From a virus (Duplodnaviria > Heunggongvirae > Uroviricota > Caudoviricetes), in IMG/VR virus record IMGVR_UViG_3300020045_003677, positions 1-60,097 of that record: 60,097 bases of DNA. The stretch is one strand, 5' to 3'. This document shows positions 37,793-48,595 of the stretch, piece after piece. The position numbers were made by a program, and so were the translations under genes. The notes below the pieces were generated by a model, which made no database searches, was not told the DNA's origin, and saw nothing but the letters and a program-made list of their open reading frames with translations. Positions within the stretch are counted from its first letter, which is position 1. Each line of letters begins with the position of its first letter.

Positions 37793-39223
37793 TTATATTA
37801 ATCCGTAGTAGCCCAGGTTTGATGGCCATAAAGCGTTCTTTACAATATTAGTCGATACTGGTACGAGTTCTAACCATTGGTCTTGTTGCAGAAACTGCAC
37901 ATTATACCCAGGGCTACCATTTGTACCAAGATAATATATTGTCGGGTCACTTGTAAGATCGACAGTTCTAAATGGTACACTGTTAATAGCATACTCATTT
38001 CCATTATATAGATCTGCTACAGTCGCTCCACCAGACACTAGTCGTATGAAATTTCCTGTAGGACAGTGAGCAACATACTTATAATTAAAGGTATCAGAGG
38101 AGCTTAATGTAGAAGTACCTGGAATAATTCTAGGTATAGGTAGTGTTGCATAATAGCCACCAAATGACGGAAGTGTGATTACGTGTCCTCCAGGTGTTAG
38201 GCTATCTAGGGTATTTGAATATGTTGAATTAGTAAAGCTACAATACTTGTATGGGCTTAATGTACAAGAAAAGCCACTACTAGATCCAGACTGATTTAGT
38301 ACAGAGAACCTAGCATAATTTATAGATGCATAACTAGTAACAGTAGCAGCCGTAGCTATTCTTGTAGAGTTATGCATGTAACTGTCTGTCATGTAGTTGT
38401 TGTTAGAACCATTGACAATAGGAGTAACCACAAACACCTTTGATGAACTACTTGTAGTTGTATTAAATGTGACTTGGTACTGTAGGTCTTTCTGATTTGT
38501 TAGTCCTGTGTTATCGTTTCTAACGAATCTAAAAAACACCATGTCCCCAGAAACACCCCTTCCACCGGAAATCTTTGTTATAGTTAGAAAGGTTGTAAGA
38601 ATACCATACAAAGTTAGTACAAATGTAGTGCCGTTGGTAACAGTACTGTTAGGTACTGATAACGTAGCTCCTGCACCTGCAATCAATCGTACTCTAAATG
38701 ATGAGTAAGGCTGCGGGCTATCCCAGTTGTCATTTACTAATTTCATCATAAATGTAGTAGTGGTAGTTCCTGCAGCTACAGTTGCTGTATAAGATCGTAT
38801 TGTACCAGCCCCATATACAACATTCTCTATTTCAGGTATCTTAGTTACTGATGCACCTCTCCAGTCAGACTGTCCCGATGGAACAGACCCTGATAGAAAA
38901 TCTAAATCGAAAGATACAGTAACTGTGGTGGTAGTTGTTGCTACTGTTGTAAGTACCAGTGTGTAATACGCATACCCAAGAGCACTAGATGAATATGTGC
39001 AAGCCATCGATACCGTAGCAGTAGCCGCAGCACTAGTAATCTGGTTCTGTCCAGGTATCCTGTTTCCAGTTGTAGTTACTCCACTAAGAGTGACCAGATA
39101 CCTATTCAATACCTGGTCACAACTCATACCAATAATGTCATCCGTTCCTGGGGTAATTCCACCCTTCTCGGTAAAATTCACATTCAGGAAATTTTCTGTA
39201 GTTATCCTATTATCCCCTGCCAT
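37793..39223 (-). CDS. fibre-associated beta-rich protein (candidate receptor-binding tip), 476 aa
   Basis: Thr/Ser-rich Ig-like pattern. Overlaps the 3' end of the chaperone-bearing fibre gene. Confidence 0.5.
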   Translation of the reverse strand: MAGDNRITTENFLNVNFTEKGGITPGTDDIIGMSCDQVLNRYLVTLSGVTTTGNRIPGQNQITSAAATATVSMACTYSSSALGYAYYTLVLTTVATTTTTVTVSFDLDFLSGSVPSGQSDWRGASVTKIPEIENVVYGAGTIRSYTATVAAGTTTTTFMMKLVNDNWDSPQPYSSFRVRLIAGAGATLSVPNSTVTNGTTFVLTLYGILTTFLTITKISGGRGVSGDMVFFRFVRNDNTGLTNQKDLQYQVTFNTTTSSSSKVFVVTPIVNGSNNNYMTDSYMHNSTRIATAATVTSYASINYARFSVLNQSGSSSGFSCTLSPYKYCSFTNSTYSNTLDSLTPGGHVITLPSFGGYYATLPIPRIIPGTSTLSSSDTFNYKYVAHCPTGNFIRLVSGGATVADLYNGNEYAINSVPFRTVDLTSDPTIYYLGTNGSPGYNVQFLQQDQWLELVPVSTNIVKNALWPSNLGYYGLI

Positions 39224-42200
39224 ACTCTAATTCTATTATCTTATTTTGTAATTGAATGACTTCATACTCTAACTTCCCTATTCTATCATTTTCTTCCTGA
39301 ATAGCTTTTGTTAATAACCCAAGGTGGTTACCAAAACTATGTCTTTTTTGTTCTGGTCCGGACATCCACGGGTGAGTATCTTCGGCTATAAATCCGATTG
39401 CGAAAGAGTCATCACAATTCATCTTGTAGGTGAATATAGGAGTAGTACATATGATTTCCAAAGCGCTACCATTAAACAGTTCGATGTCGTGTTTGATTTC
39501 TCTAGATGATCCACGGTATACTTCTGATGCTGTTAAGGCTCCAGAGTGTGTAACGTTACCACTGCTATAGAACCAGTGCATACCACCTATACCACTCTTC
39601 CAAAACTCTATCCTACTTGTGTCGTTTGTATCAATTGCCCATCCACCAGGTAAGTCCAGTTCAGATGTAGAGAAGTACTGGGACACGCTACCATTTAGAG
39701 CAGCTTTTCCAGCTAACGCTGTATACACACCTCCAGAAGTTACTGGCAGCACTGAACTAGCTGTTGGAGTCGAATCCCTCTTTGGTGTAATAGTGGCTCC
39801 AACAATATCAAAGTAGGCACTGTTCAGATACCCATACAAACTCGTATTGTCATGAAAGGCTACTTTCTTAGAATCTGTGTAAGCAGTATTCCAGTTAGCA
39901 GAATTATTGGTAATTGATGTTCCCCAAGCAGATCCGGTTGATACGGCAATTCCTGCTCCAGGGTAAACCATACTCCCACTAGCAGATGCTGCTATTGTAA
40001 CATCGGAGCCAGATCTAGATATAGTAACATTAGTACCAGCAATCAGGTTTACGTTAGTATTGGTCCCAACTGTATATGAATTTGCTCCATTTACGTACAA
40101 GTACCATTGCCCATAGTTATCATACACTCCGGTATGGGTATGTGCAGTATAGGCATACCTACCATCTAACGAGACTGTTAGATTACTCATACCGTTTCTA
40201 CCCATAGTTATTGTACCAGAGGAAAACGATAGAGATGATGGATATGGTACAGCATACCATCCCCTAGTGGCTGTGGCATCCGTACCATAATAGTAGTTAG
40301 CAGAGGGAGATGCCACGTCTCCAGTTAAATACAGAATTCTATCTGAACCTAATGTCCCTCCTCCCGAGAGACTAAATTGAGTGTCTATACTTCTACCAGA
40401 AAGGTTTAATGAATGGGTATGCGTAGTACCAGATGCAGTGTTAGCTGAACTGGTATTAATTGTCGATGGTGTACCTAGTACAATACTACCGGAAGTAGTG
40501 AATGTTGCAAAATCCATTCCTACTCCTGCGGCAATAGAGGTTACAGTTCCACCACTAGACCCGGATATAGCGATCCATGAGCGAACTCCAGCTGTTGTAG
40601 ATGATAGTACATACCCATTTGAAGCGGGTAGACCTAAAGCAGGTTCTGGAGTAAACCCAATAGCACCTAACACCATTGCGTTTGTAATAGTGGTAAGATA
40701 GGTTGATGAGTCGATTGACCATGCTCCAGCGCCAGTTCTTTTAAGGAATCCTGTACTTCCAGATATAGCAGCAATTGCTGAAAGCTCGATGCTAGATGGT
40801 TGTTTTAAATCCAGTGCGGTTTGTAGGCCGGTAGTTTTAGCTATGGATATTGCTGGGATATCAAGTTCTACTAATGTGCGTAGTGCTATACCCGTAACAT
40901 GTCCTAAAGCATCACTTGTGAATGTATCCAGTACCTGTCCACTACCAGCATCGATACTACGAGTTGTGTAAGCAGGATGAGAGTACGGGCTGATCCATGA
41001 ACGCACTCCAGCTACTGTTGAGGACAGTATACGACCATCAACTAGTGGGTTTCCTAGGAATGGTTCATACGCATGTGTATGCGATGTTAGACTATATCTG
41101 CCGTCAAAACTTGTAGTCAGATCGGTAGAGTTTGCTCTCGTAAGTGTTAGTACTCCTGTTGCAGCACTAAATACCGAAGATGTAACATATATACTTGCTG
41201 AGTAGTTTGGAATATTTAATACCCCTGTTGCAGAACTATATGATGCAGTACCGGTTGTACCAGTAGTTGTAAGACTGATAGAGGTTCTACTACGCGATGG
41301 GGTAAAGTATAGATTGGTTCCCTCGGCTACAACACTACTAGTAAGTTCTTGGAATGTTTTGTCACCTCTCCAGTACTGTGTAGTAGTTCCCGCAGTTATT
41401 TCATATGCAGCATGTGTATGATCTCCGTAGGCTGCAGTAGTATGATTCGTTCCAAATCCTGGAAAAGATACTGTTCCATATGGAGCATATGCATTTGTAA
41501 TCATGGAAAACACTCCTGTAGTATTGTCGTACACAATTGGAGATGTTGCACTTAAAGAGGTTAGTGATATTGCACCCAGACTTGCTAATGTAGGAACACC
41601 ACCAATTGAAAATTGGTTTGTTACAGTATCATAGTACAGAATGGTATCCTTTAGTGCTGTTGTGGCACCCTGCCATTTAATAGTACCATTACCCAAAATT
41701 TGAAATATTGGATTGGTATAGTTGGCTCTATCCTTTACCTCCAGGGCAATATTTCCTGCAGATATAGAAAGACCATTTCCTGTAACATCATCGATATTAT
41801 TTATGATCTCCATAAAAGATGATGGTGCAGATAATGCCAAGTGCAATGGCACTGATGGAGACCCACTACCTATAGACACCCATCCACCAGAGTAAACTAT
41901 ACCATTAGTAGTCGGAACCCAAAGTCTCTGAAACCACCCCTTAGTACCAGTAGGACTGGTTCCATATAAATAGTTAATACCTGGTGTGGCAGAGTCATTT
42001 ACTAAGCTTATAGTTCTATCAGCTGATAATGTTCCACCACCAGTTAAGCTTCCTGACGTGATTATTGACCTTGTTAGAGGTACATAAAGTGTTGAATGGT
42101 TATGAGTTATAGAAGAGTAATTGGTAGTAACCCAAAACTGCGACGCATATACTGTAGCATCGTATGTGATAACACCTGCTGTTGAATATACTAATCCTGT

Positions 42201-43865
42201 ACCATTCAATGGAAATTGGTAGTTTGTTGATACACTTATAGTACCATCTACTCCTACATTTACACCCGATCCAATTTTAACACCTCCTAGAACTACTGCA
42301 GTTGCAGGTTGTAGTGTGAACCCCTGACTAGGAATTCGTTCCCATACTGTACCACTGTATATGATATCATCACCAACACTGAATACAATACTATTCCAAG
42401 TACCGGCTGTTGTTACCCTATAATACCATCCGGCTGTACCAACTCCATTTGTTAGTGTTGGGGTATTGGTAGTAGCATTCCAAGTACCTTTATAGATGTT
42501 AGAGGCAGCAATTGGGAACCATGCACCAGCACCATTTACATTTGTACACTTCCATATGTAATCCGGTGTTGCTCCTGATGTAAGTTTTACAGTAGGTGTT
42601 GTCAATGATCCAATTGCAGTAACATTTCCTCCGGTAGCTACCTGAAGAACACTGGTATTATTTATATTTACTTCAAACTGTAGTGGGGTTGATAGTATCA
42701 TCTTATTGTCCACTTTCTCGATATCGTAGCCATTGAATACTGAAAGCTTACTTGCTGTTACAGTATTACCGAACGTCGCTCCTAGGGTCGAAGAATTGCC
42801 TCTATTAAGCACTGAGTCTAATGTATCTACTTCAACGTACTGTGGTATCACTACCTCCAGATCAGAAAGACCTGCTGTACGTTCTAAGGTCAAAGTTCTA
42901 GATATAGTATCAAACCCCATGGCTTGTACATATTTATCTACAACAAGAAACCCTGATATCTCCTGACCTTGCTCTATATTAACATGCAACCCACCGGTTA
43001 CTCCTGTACCAATGTATTCAACTATCTGCCCCTCCAACCACTCTTCTGTACCGGTTACTATCATCAAATCCCCGAGTGTTGTGGTTGATAGGAAGTAATC
43101 TGCACCAATAGTGTATGAACCGGGCACTACTCCACTAGTAACATACTTAAATGTACCAGAGTCCAGAATCTGAGATACCACACCAACAGTTCCTGCATTT
43201 GCTGCAGTGTCAGCTTTTGTTAGTACCCATCCAAGTAGTGACGGTTTAATAGGATCTCCAACAGAAAATCCATGACTTGACTGATTGACAGTAAAACTAC
43301 CATCTACTGTGACACTACTCCAGATTATCTTTGATAGTATGTTCCCAGTAGAGTCTAGTATGGCAATGTAATCAGTTCCTGCAATAGTACCCTTTGTAGG
43401 GGAGGCTAGTATTGCAGCTCCCACATTCTCTTTGTCTGTTACATCAGCGCCCTCTTCTATTGTTCCTAGCTTAGTGAACCCGGCCGCTGTCATAAGACCG
43501 GCGAGTGAGACGGTTGCCGCAGGAACTGTTGCGTCGTCACCAGTATTTGAGGCAATATCTAATGTTGTTGCATTTCTATTTAATATACTAAGATCTGTTC
43601 GTATTTCTGCACCTCCGATAGATACTAATCGTCCATTACTAATAACTGTATTTATCCAATCGATTGTTCTTGGTGTAGAAGGACTAACTGATGATTTTAG
43701 AAAGGGCAAAGAATCCCCATTAGCAATAGTATTTATGCTTGGTGCTACATCAATAGCGCTGTCCTTTCTAAGGAATTCCAACAGTAATGTCTCTCTATTA
43801 AGTTTGTAAGAGTCTAATGAGTGTATTGCGTTGGCTACCAGTTTGTCTAATTGTTTCTCTGCCAT
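39210..43865 (-). CDS. tail fibre with C-terminal intramolecular chaperone (peptidase S74-like), 1551 aa
   Basis: C-terminal SSREIKHDI...IFTYKM...IGFIAED followed by a coiled coil. Also YKGTWNATTNTPTL domain, several HxH motifs and an N-proximal cement-like domain. Confidence 0.88.
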   Translation of the reverse strand: MAEKQLDKLVANAIHSLDSYKLNRETLLLEFLRKDSAIDVAPSINTIANGDSLPFLKSSVSPSTPRTIDWINTVISNGRLVSIGGAEIRTDLSILNRNATTLDIASNTGDDATVPAATVSLAGLMTAAGFTKLGTIEEGADVTDKENVGAAILASPTKGTIAGTDYIAILDSTGNILSKIIWSSVTVDGSFTVNQSSHGFSVGDPIKPSLLGWVLTKADTAANAGTVGVVSQILDSGTFKYVTSGVVPGSYTIGADYFLSTTTLGDLMIVTGTEEWLEGQIVEYIGTGVTGGLHVNIEQGQEISGFLVVDKYVQAMGFDTISRTLTLERTAGLSDLEVVIPQYVEVDTLDSVLNRGNSSTLGATFGNTVTASKLSVFNGYDIEKVDNKMILSTPLQFEVNINNTSVLQVATGGNVTAIGSLTTPTVKLTSGATPDYIWKCTNVNGAGAWFPIAASNIYKGTWNATTNTPTLTNGVGTAGWYYRVTTAGTWNSIVFSVGDDIIYSGTVWERIPSQGFTLQPATAVVLGGVKIGSGVNVGVDGTISVSTNYQFPLNGTGLVYSTAGVITYDATVYASQFWVTTNYSSITHNHSTLYVPLTRSIITSGSLTGGGTLSADRTISLVNDSATPGINYLYGTSPTGTKGWFQRLWVPTTNGIVYSGGWVSIGSGSPSVPLHLALSAPSSFMEIINNIDDVTGNGLSISAGNIALEVKDRANYTNPIFQILGNGTIKWQGATTALKDTILYYDTVTNQFSIGGVPTLASLGAISLTSLSATSPIVYDNTTGVFSMITNAYAPYGTVSFPGFGTNHTTAAYGDHTHAAYEITAGTTTQYWRGDKTFQELTSSVVAEGTNLYFTPSRSRTSISLTTTGTTGTASYSSATGVLNIPNYSASIYVTSSVFSAATGVLTLTRANSTDLTTSFDGRYSLTSHTHAYEPFLGNPLVDGRILSSTVAGVRSWISPYSHPAYTTRSIDAGSGQVLDTFTSDALGHVTGIALRTLVELDIPAISIAKTTGLQTALDLKQPSSIELSAIAAISGSTGFLKRTGAGAWSIDSSTYLTTITNAMVLGAIGFTPEPALGLPASNGYVLSSTTAGVRSWIAISGSSGGTVTSIAAGVGMDFATFTTSGSIVLGTPSTINTSSANTASGTTHTHSLNLSGRSIDTQFSLSGGGTLGSDRILYLTGDVASPSANYYYGTDATATRGWYAVPYPSSLSFSSGTITMGRNGMSNLTVSLDGRYAYTAHTHTGVYDNYGQWYLYVNGANSYTVGTNTNVNLIAGTNVTISRSGSDVTIAASASGSMVYPGAGIAVSTGSAWGTSITNNSANWNTAYTDSKKVAFHDNTSLYGYLNSAYFDIVGATITPKRDSTPTASSVLPVTSGGVYTALAGKAALNGSVSQYFSTSELDLPGGWAIDTNDTSRIEFWKSGIGGMHWFYSSGNVTHSGALTASEVYRGSSREIKHDIELFNGSALEIICTTPIFTYKMNCDDSFAIGFIAEDTHPWMSGPEQKRHSFGNHLGLLTKAIQEENDRIGKLEYEVIQLQNKIIELEYGRG

Positions 43866-43866
43866 A

Positions 43867-44721
43867 CTATGCTGGTATTGGTACGTTGTTGTATATTAAG
43901 TTAAGTACATTGTAGTTCTTATCTGAGATTGGTGTAGAATAAACCTCTTCTCTGCTGATTGCTACTACAACACCTAGTTCTTTAATTTCCTTTATCATTA
44001 TAGTATTTTTATAAGCGGGATTAATTCTAGAAGTTAGATAATCCATGGTCCTTTCTTCCTGTTTCCAATGCAGTGGATTGCCATCATCGTAGGTCCAAGC
44101 ATTTGATACCCAGATCTCTGGTAGACTAAACGCATTACCAGAGTAGGCATTCTTGTTAAATAGTGCATTCGTAGATACATACTCTATAATACCGTCAGCA
44201 AAGTTCAATCTATTAAATACTCCAGGATTTAATATTGCATCTCCAAGTACGTCTACCGTAGTATCTGATTCTTTTGCTGGTATCATATTATCTGAAAGGT
44301 CTCTATTGTAACCATTCTCCATGAAGTACATCGATCCACCAACATTAATAGTTTTGGTAAGATTTGATGGGATACCATCTGTTCCGGTATCGCTTACATT
44401 ATAACCCGAATTAGGGTCTGGTATATAGGTACCATCAGACAGTCTTAGATCCCAATAGTCACCTAGTGGGAATGAGATGGTATTACCAACAATTACTGGG
44501 TTACCTGTACCACCACAAGTTACTATAGTGATACCTGATAGTGATGCAAATGTCAACACTCCAGTGTTTGTAGAATGTGCAGATACTCCCATTATGTTTG
44601 CATCTCCCCATTTGTTACCCCTTCTATAGTTTAATACTTCAATCACTTCGTACACCCCAGGTATACTAGAGGGACCCTTAGGCCCCTTATATAGTACAAA
44701 CTTATCTTCTTTTAGTATCAT
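43867..44721 (-). CDS. tail-associated hypothetical protein, 284 aa
   Basis: Clean ORF between two fibre genes. Confidence 0.55.
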   Translation of the reverse strand: MILKEDKFVLYKGPKGPSSIPGVYEVIEVLNYRRGNKWGDANIMGVSAHSTNTGVLTFASLSGITIVTCGGTGNPVIVGNTISFPLGDYWDLRLSDGTYIPDPNSGYNVSDTGTDGIPSNLTKTINVGGSMYFMENGYNRDLSDNMIPAKESDTTVDVLGDAILNPGVFNRLNFADGIIEYVSTNALFNKNAYSGNAFSLPEIWVSNAWTYDDGNPLHWKQEERTMDYLTSRINPAYKNTIMIKEIKELGVVVAISREEVYSTPISDKNYNVLNLIYNNVPIPA

Positions 44722-44727
44722 TGTGGT

Positions 44728-47700
44728 CTAGTTTAATTGCCATATACCAGGATGCACTTCTATGATAACATTAGGTTCCATATCTATGATCTTAGCATTA
44801 GGTAGTGATGGTACAGTGTATTGAACTTCTACTCCAAATAGTGTGGTATTTACCAAGGATATCACTACTGGTTTCTCTCTATTATGGTCGATGACTACAT
44901 AGATTTTATTTGCAGCAGTATTCATTGTGATTTCTAGCCTATCAGTCGAAGTCGATACTGGTATTGTAGTAGTTGTAAGATCTGTCAGTACCTCTACTAT
45001 CACAAACTTACTATTACCGGATCTCTTTATTCCAATCGGGGTTACCTCGTATATATACTGTTTGTTAACTATTCTATGGCCAATATTAAATGCCCAGTCA
45101 ATACCCTCAGTTTCACCTATGTACAGTTCGAATTCATCCCCTGGCTCTGAGAACTGATATGTCCAATTAGCTTCGTTTTCAAGTTCGTCGTAGGCATCCG
45201 CAGGTAGTACCGGGTATAATTCTACAGATACGGGCATATTACCAGTATGCATCATTTGTACCCATGGTAACCACTCTTGCGTAGCTCCATCATGACCCCT
45301 TGCCCAAAGATCAAAACTATTATCTCTAGCTACCCAACGGTTTGCTAATTGATATTTATGTTTCTGTGCCTCTGGTGCATTCTGATTATATATGTATGAA
45401 CTATCTATAGTTTCAATTTGCCACGAATCATCAAATGGTACGTCGCTCTCATATGCATGTACAGTACCTAAATCGTATAGTCCTCTTTCAAGTAACTCTG
45501 AAGCTTTTTTAGTGGAAAATCCTATAGCTCTAGAGTATCTAAATTCATCCCATGGTTTATTATTTAACGACCCGGCATTGTCTGCATATAGGGTTTTTAG
45601 CCCATACCTATCTCCACCAGGAACATCCCAGTAGAATAAATACTTCATGTTATTGTCACTTATTCCAGCTCCGGTCTCCCCTACATCAGATATACCAACC
45701 TCTTTAGATGTGTAGCTAGCGTATATTAGATCCCAGTTGTATAGTCTGCTTACCATACTGGCAGCAGCATTCCAACCAAGTCTATCAACCTCTCCAACAT
45801 GTGGTATTGCATTTGTTATATGTGCTTGTAAGATTGGGTTTGTTACTAAGTCCATAGATGTAACTAAGTCAGACTTAGTAAGATATGTAACCTTATCTCC
45901 AGTTGATATACTTCTACCTAGCACAAATGGCTCCTCGATTATTGATATAGCCGGCATATTAACGTCTGTTAATTGCACCAACTGTTCAACACCTACAATA
46001 TTTCCTGTTCCAGGACCAGTCCATTCTTGAAGATAGTTACCTGTAATTACCACATCACCATCTATAACAAACTTTCCATCTGTACTCTTATAGACCGATA
46101 TGCCATTAACTATCAACGATGTAGCATCTAGCGCGTCGTATATTCTTACACCAGTACTAGTGGTTTCTAAGCGCTTTATATTGTTGTGTCGTAGTTCCAC
46201 ATTAGAGGATCCGGCACCACCATTTAATACTACCAATGAAGCTAGTCCAGTAAGCGATGATCCTGCGCCAACTTGAAGAGATGTGGTTGCCCCAGTATTA
46301 AAGATTCTAAATCCGGATCCATGCACACTTGTACCTGAATTAACTAGACCTACCGACGGAGCCGCAGATGTAACAACTATGTTACCTAGCGTACTAGATG
46401 ATTTGCTAGCATCTCCGTATGTAACAGACCCGTTCTCATTGATAGTCATCACAGACCCTAAAGGTTTAGCAATCACGTATTTGTCCGCGTCCGTTATCAG
46501 ATTTCTGATTCCAGTAGATGTTACTTCAGTTCTAAATATTTCTGTAATACCATTGAATATCTTCATAGAAGTAGTTCCTGTAGAGGAATGTAGTTCTATA
46601 TTTGTATCAAGAGATGTAATAGACAACGGTCCAGTCATGGAGTCCCCGGTAATATTTACATACCTACCATCAGTTTCTATCTTTGTATAGTAACCGGATA
46701 GATCGGGTGGCGTATCGGCTTTATCTATCGCTGCCGTCCATACTCCATTTACCTTCTTTAAAATATACCCATCTGTAGCAGTATCAACCCCATCATCAAC
46801 GTTAGTAAGTTCCGATAGATAAAGTTCAATAGTATTGAATGATAGTCTACCATCTACGTATAGATTATTGTCAATCACAAGTTCTGAACCAGACTCAGCA
46901 ATAGTAGTATTACCAGACATAAGCGATCCAGCTACAATTCTGTTTGAAGAGATTATCTCTAGAGTCGTAGCATTATTCACTGTAAGCACCTCTTGCAGAG
47001 ATACTTGATGCGGATTACTGTGGTTATTTATATGTGAGTTGAGCGATGCTATACTAGCATATGTGGAGGCTGCCTCTAATTTTGTAAGGTATGCTGTAAG
47101 ATCTTGTTTTGGTAATGTATCAGGGTCTACCATCTTCCATTCACCACCAATAGCACGAATGATTCCGCCTTCTAGGTTTGATGGAATAGCTGAGTTACTG
47201 ACATCTGATAGTTTCCACAAAGGAATATCGACGGTGGCTGCGGTAAACGAACCAAGTATAGTCACACCATTAGTAAATGTAGTGTTCCCAGTCCATGTTA
47301 GTATACCTGTAGATCTCTCTACGTTTAGAATTGTTCCAAGTACTGACCCATCATCTGCGTACCTTCTCCATGCATAATTAGACCCAGTATTGTTTATACC
47401 AGTCTCTTCATCCACCAATAAACTAGAAAAGCGTAAATGGTTATTTTCCATTCTAAAATGGTGATTTCCACTTACGCTAGTTCCAGCATTTGAAGTTATC
47501 CAACTTCGAACAAATAATTCACCTCTTCCTGATAGTGTGGCACCAACTATGTTAGCATAGTTTTTAAACACGGCTGTTGAGTTACCTTCGTTTCCGCCGG
47601 TTACTTCGAGACCAAATCCAACACTACTAGTGTTAGTAAATGAAGCAGCAGCCCAAGCATTACCCGGGGTAGTTTCTACCACAGTAATTTTACCTGTAGC

Positions 47701-47982
47701 AGCATTTGTTCCTATAGCAACTTTACCATTTGAGTCAATGAATAACCTGTGAACCCCAAGAGTCTCATTCCATATAGAGAAGTCGTATCCAAAAGTGGAT
47801 GCAGATTTTAACTGCACCCTATCTTGGCCCGTCTTTTTAAATTCTAGCAAAGAAGTTAGCCCAACCGAACCTACAACGTCTAGTTCTAGCAGAGGATTTT
47901 GGTTATTGATTCCAACCTTCCCACTAGTGTTTGTGTTATACAGGTCTCCGGCGAAGTTAACTTCCCAGTAAGTTAGTGCCAT
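44728..47982 (-). CDS. tail fibre protein, 1084 aa
   Basis: VGINNQNP..ELDVVG / VAIGTNAATGKITV beta-helix-like repeats, HINNHSNPHQV motif, L..L.DV repeats, and LWARGHDG..WLPWVQ (gp53-like) motif. Confidence 0.8.
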   Translation of the reverse strand: MALTYWEVNFAGDLYNTNTSGKVGINNQNPLLELDVVGSVGLTSLLEFKKTGQDRVQLKSASTFGYDFSIWNETLGVHRLFIDSNGKVAIGTNAATGKITVVETTPGNAWAAASFTNTSSVGFGLEVTGGNEGNSTAVFKNYANIVGATLSGRGELFVRSWITSNAGTSVSGNHHFRMENNHLRFSSLLVDEETGINNTGSNYAWRRYADDGSVLGTILNVERSTGILTWTGNTTFTNGVTILGSFTAATVDIPLWKLSDVSNSAIPSNLEGGIIRAIGGEWKMVDPDTLPKQDLTAYLTKLEAASTYASIASLNSHINNHSNPHQVSLQEVLTVNNATTLEIISSNRIVAGSLMSGNTTIAESGSELVIDNNLYVDGRLSFNTIELYLSELTNVDDGVDTATDGYILKKVNGVWTAAIDKADTPPDLSGYYTKIETDGRYVNITGDSMTGPLSITSLDTNIELHSSTGTTSMKIFNGITEIFRTEVTSTGIRNLITDADKYVIAKPLGSVMTINENGSVTYGDASKSSSTLGNIVVTSAAPSVGLVNSGTSVHGSGFRIFNTGATTSLQVGAGSSLTGLASLVVLNGGAGSSNVELRHNNIKRLETTSTGVRIYDALDATSLIVNGISVYKSTDGKFVIDGDVVITGNYLQEWTGPGTGNIVGVEQLVQLTDVNMPAISIIEEPFVLGRSISTGDKVTYLTKSDLVTSMDLVTNPILQAHITNAIPHVGEVDRLGWNAAASMVSRLYNWDLIYASYTSKEVGISDVGETGAGISDNNMKYLFYWDVPGGDRYGLKTLYADNAGSLNNKPWDEFRYSRAIGFSTKKASELLERGLYDLGTVHAYESDVPFDDSWQIETIDSSYIYNQNAPEAQKHKYQLANRWVARDNSFDLWARGHDGATQEWLPWVQMMHTGNMPVSVELYPVLPADAYDELENEANWTYQFSEPGDEFELYIGETEGIDWAFNIGHRIVNKQYIYEVTPIGIKRSGNSKFVIVEVLTDLTTTTIPVSTSTDRLEITMNTAANKIYVVIDHNREKPVVISLVNTTLFGVEVQYTVPSLPNAKIIDMEPNVIIEVHPGIWQLN

Positions 47983-47992
47983 ATGCTAATTA

Positions 47993-48595
47993 TTATATTG
48001 TGATTACTGTAAGTACATATTCAGTTATTTCTGGAACAGCATTGTCTGTTAGGTATACAAGCACATTTACTGACTTAAGATCGGTACCTGTGTAGTTTAC
48101 CCTGTAATTACTAAGAAACACCGATGTACTTTCGTCTGCTACAGCAATTGAGTCTATCTCTATTCTGATCAGATCTATTGAACTGTCTCCTACGTAACTA
48201 GCTTTAATATCATACAACTCATCTTCCTTTACCATAAATCCTGTAGATGGTACTGGTAACCCATTAATAGTCAAGGTAGTATTACCTACACTAATAACAG
48301 GCCTAGGAACAAATGATGTAGATACTGAAGAACTACTTCCCGCGTATACGTTGGACATTGATAGTCTCACCACCAAGCTTAGTTTCTCGAAGTCTATCTC
48401 CTCGTTACCTTCAACGTATTCATCTAAAAAATTAGATATCGATGTGAAGTAACTTAGAGAGTCTATCCATGCTTTTATATCATTTGAATTGTAAGTGTAC
48501 GCTCCGTAGTTTCCAATTCTAGAACTAATTTCATCGATGGTCTTAGCCATCCCGATAGAAATCAACCCGTCTATTTCGTTACTATATTGTGACAT
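47993..48595 (-). CDS. structural protein (tail hub/collar region), 200 aa
   Basis: Helical N-terminus plus Ig-like C-terminus; within the portal-to-fibre operon. Confidence 0.5.
   Translation of the reverse strand: MSQYSNEIDGLISIGMAKTIDEISSRIGNYGAYTYNSNDIKAWIDSLSYFTSISNFLDEYVEGNEEIDFEKLSLVVRLSMSNVYAGSSSSVSTSFVPRPVISVGNTTLTINGLPVPSTGFMVKEDELYDIKASYVGDSSIDLIRIEIDSIAVADESTSVFLSNYRVNYTGTDLKSVNVLVYLTDNAVPEITEYVLTVITI

Noticed and set aside
25405-47982. Diversity-generating retroelement or CRISPR array
   Set aside because: No reverse transcriptase, no near-identical template/variable repeat pair and no regularly spaced direct repeats were seen in the window.
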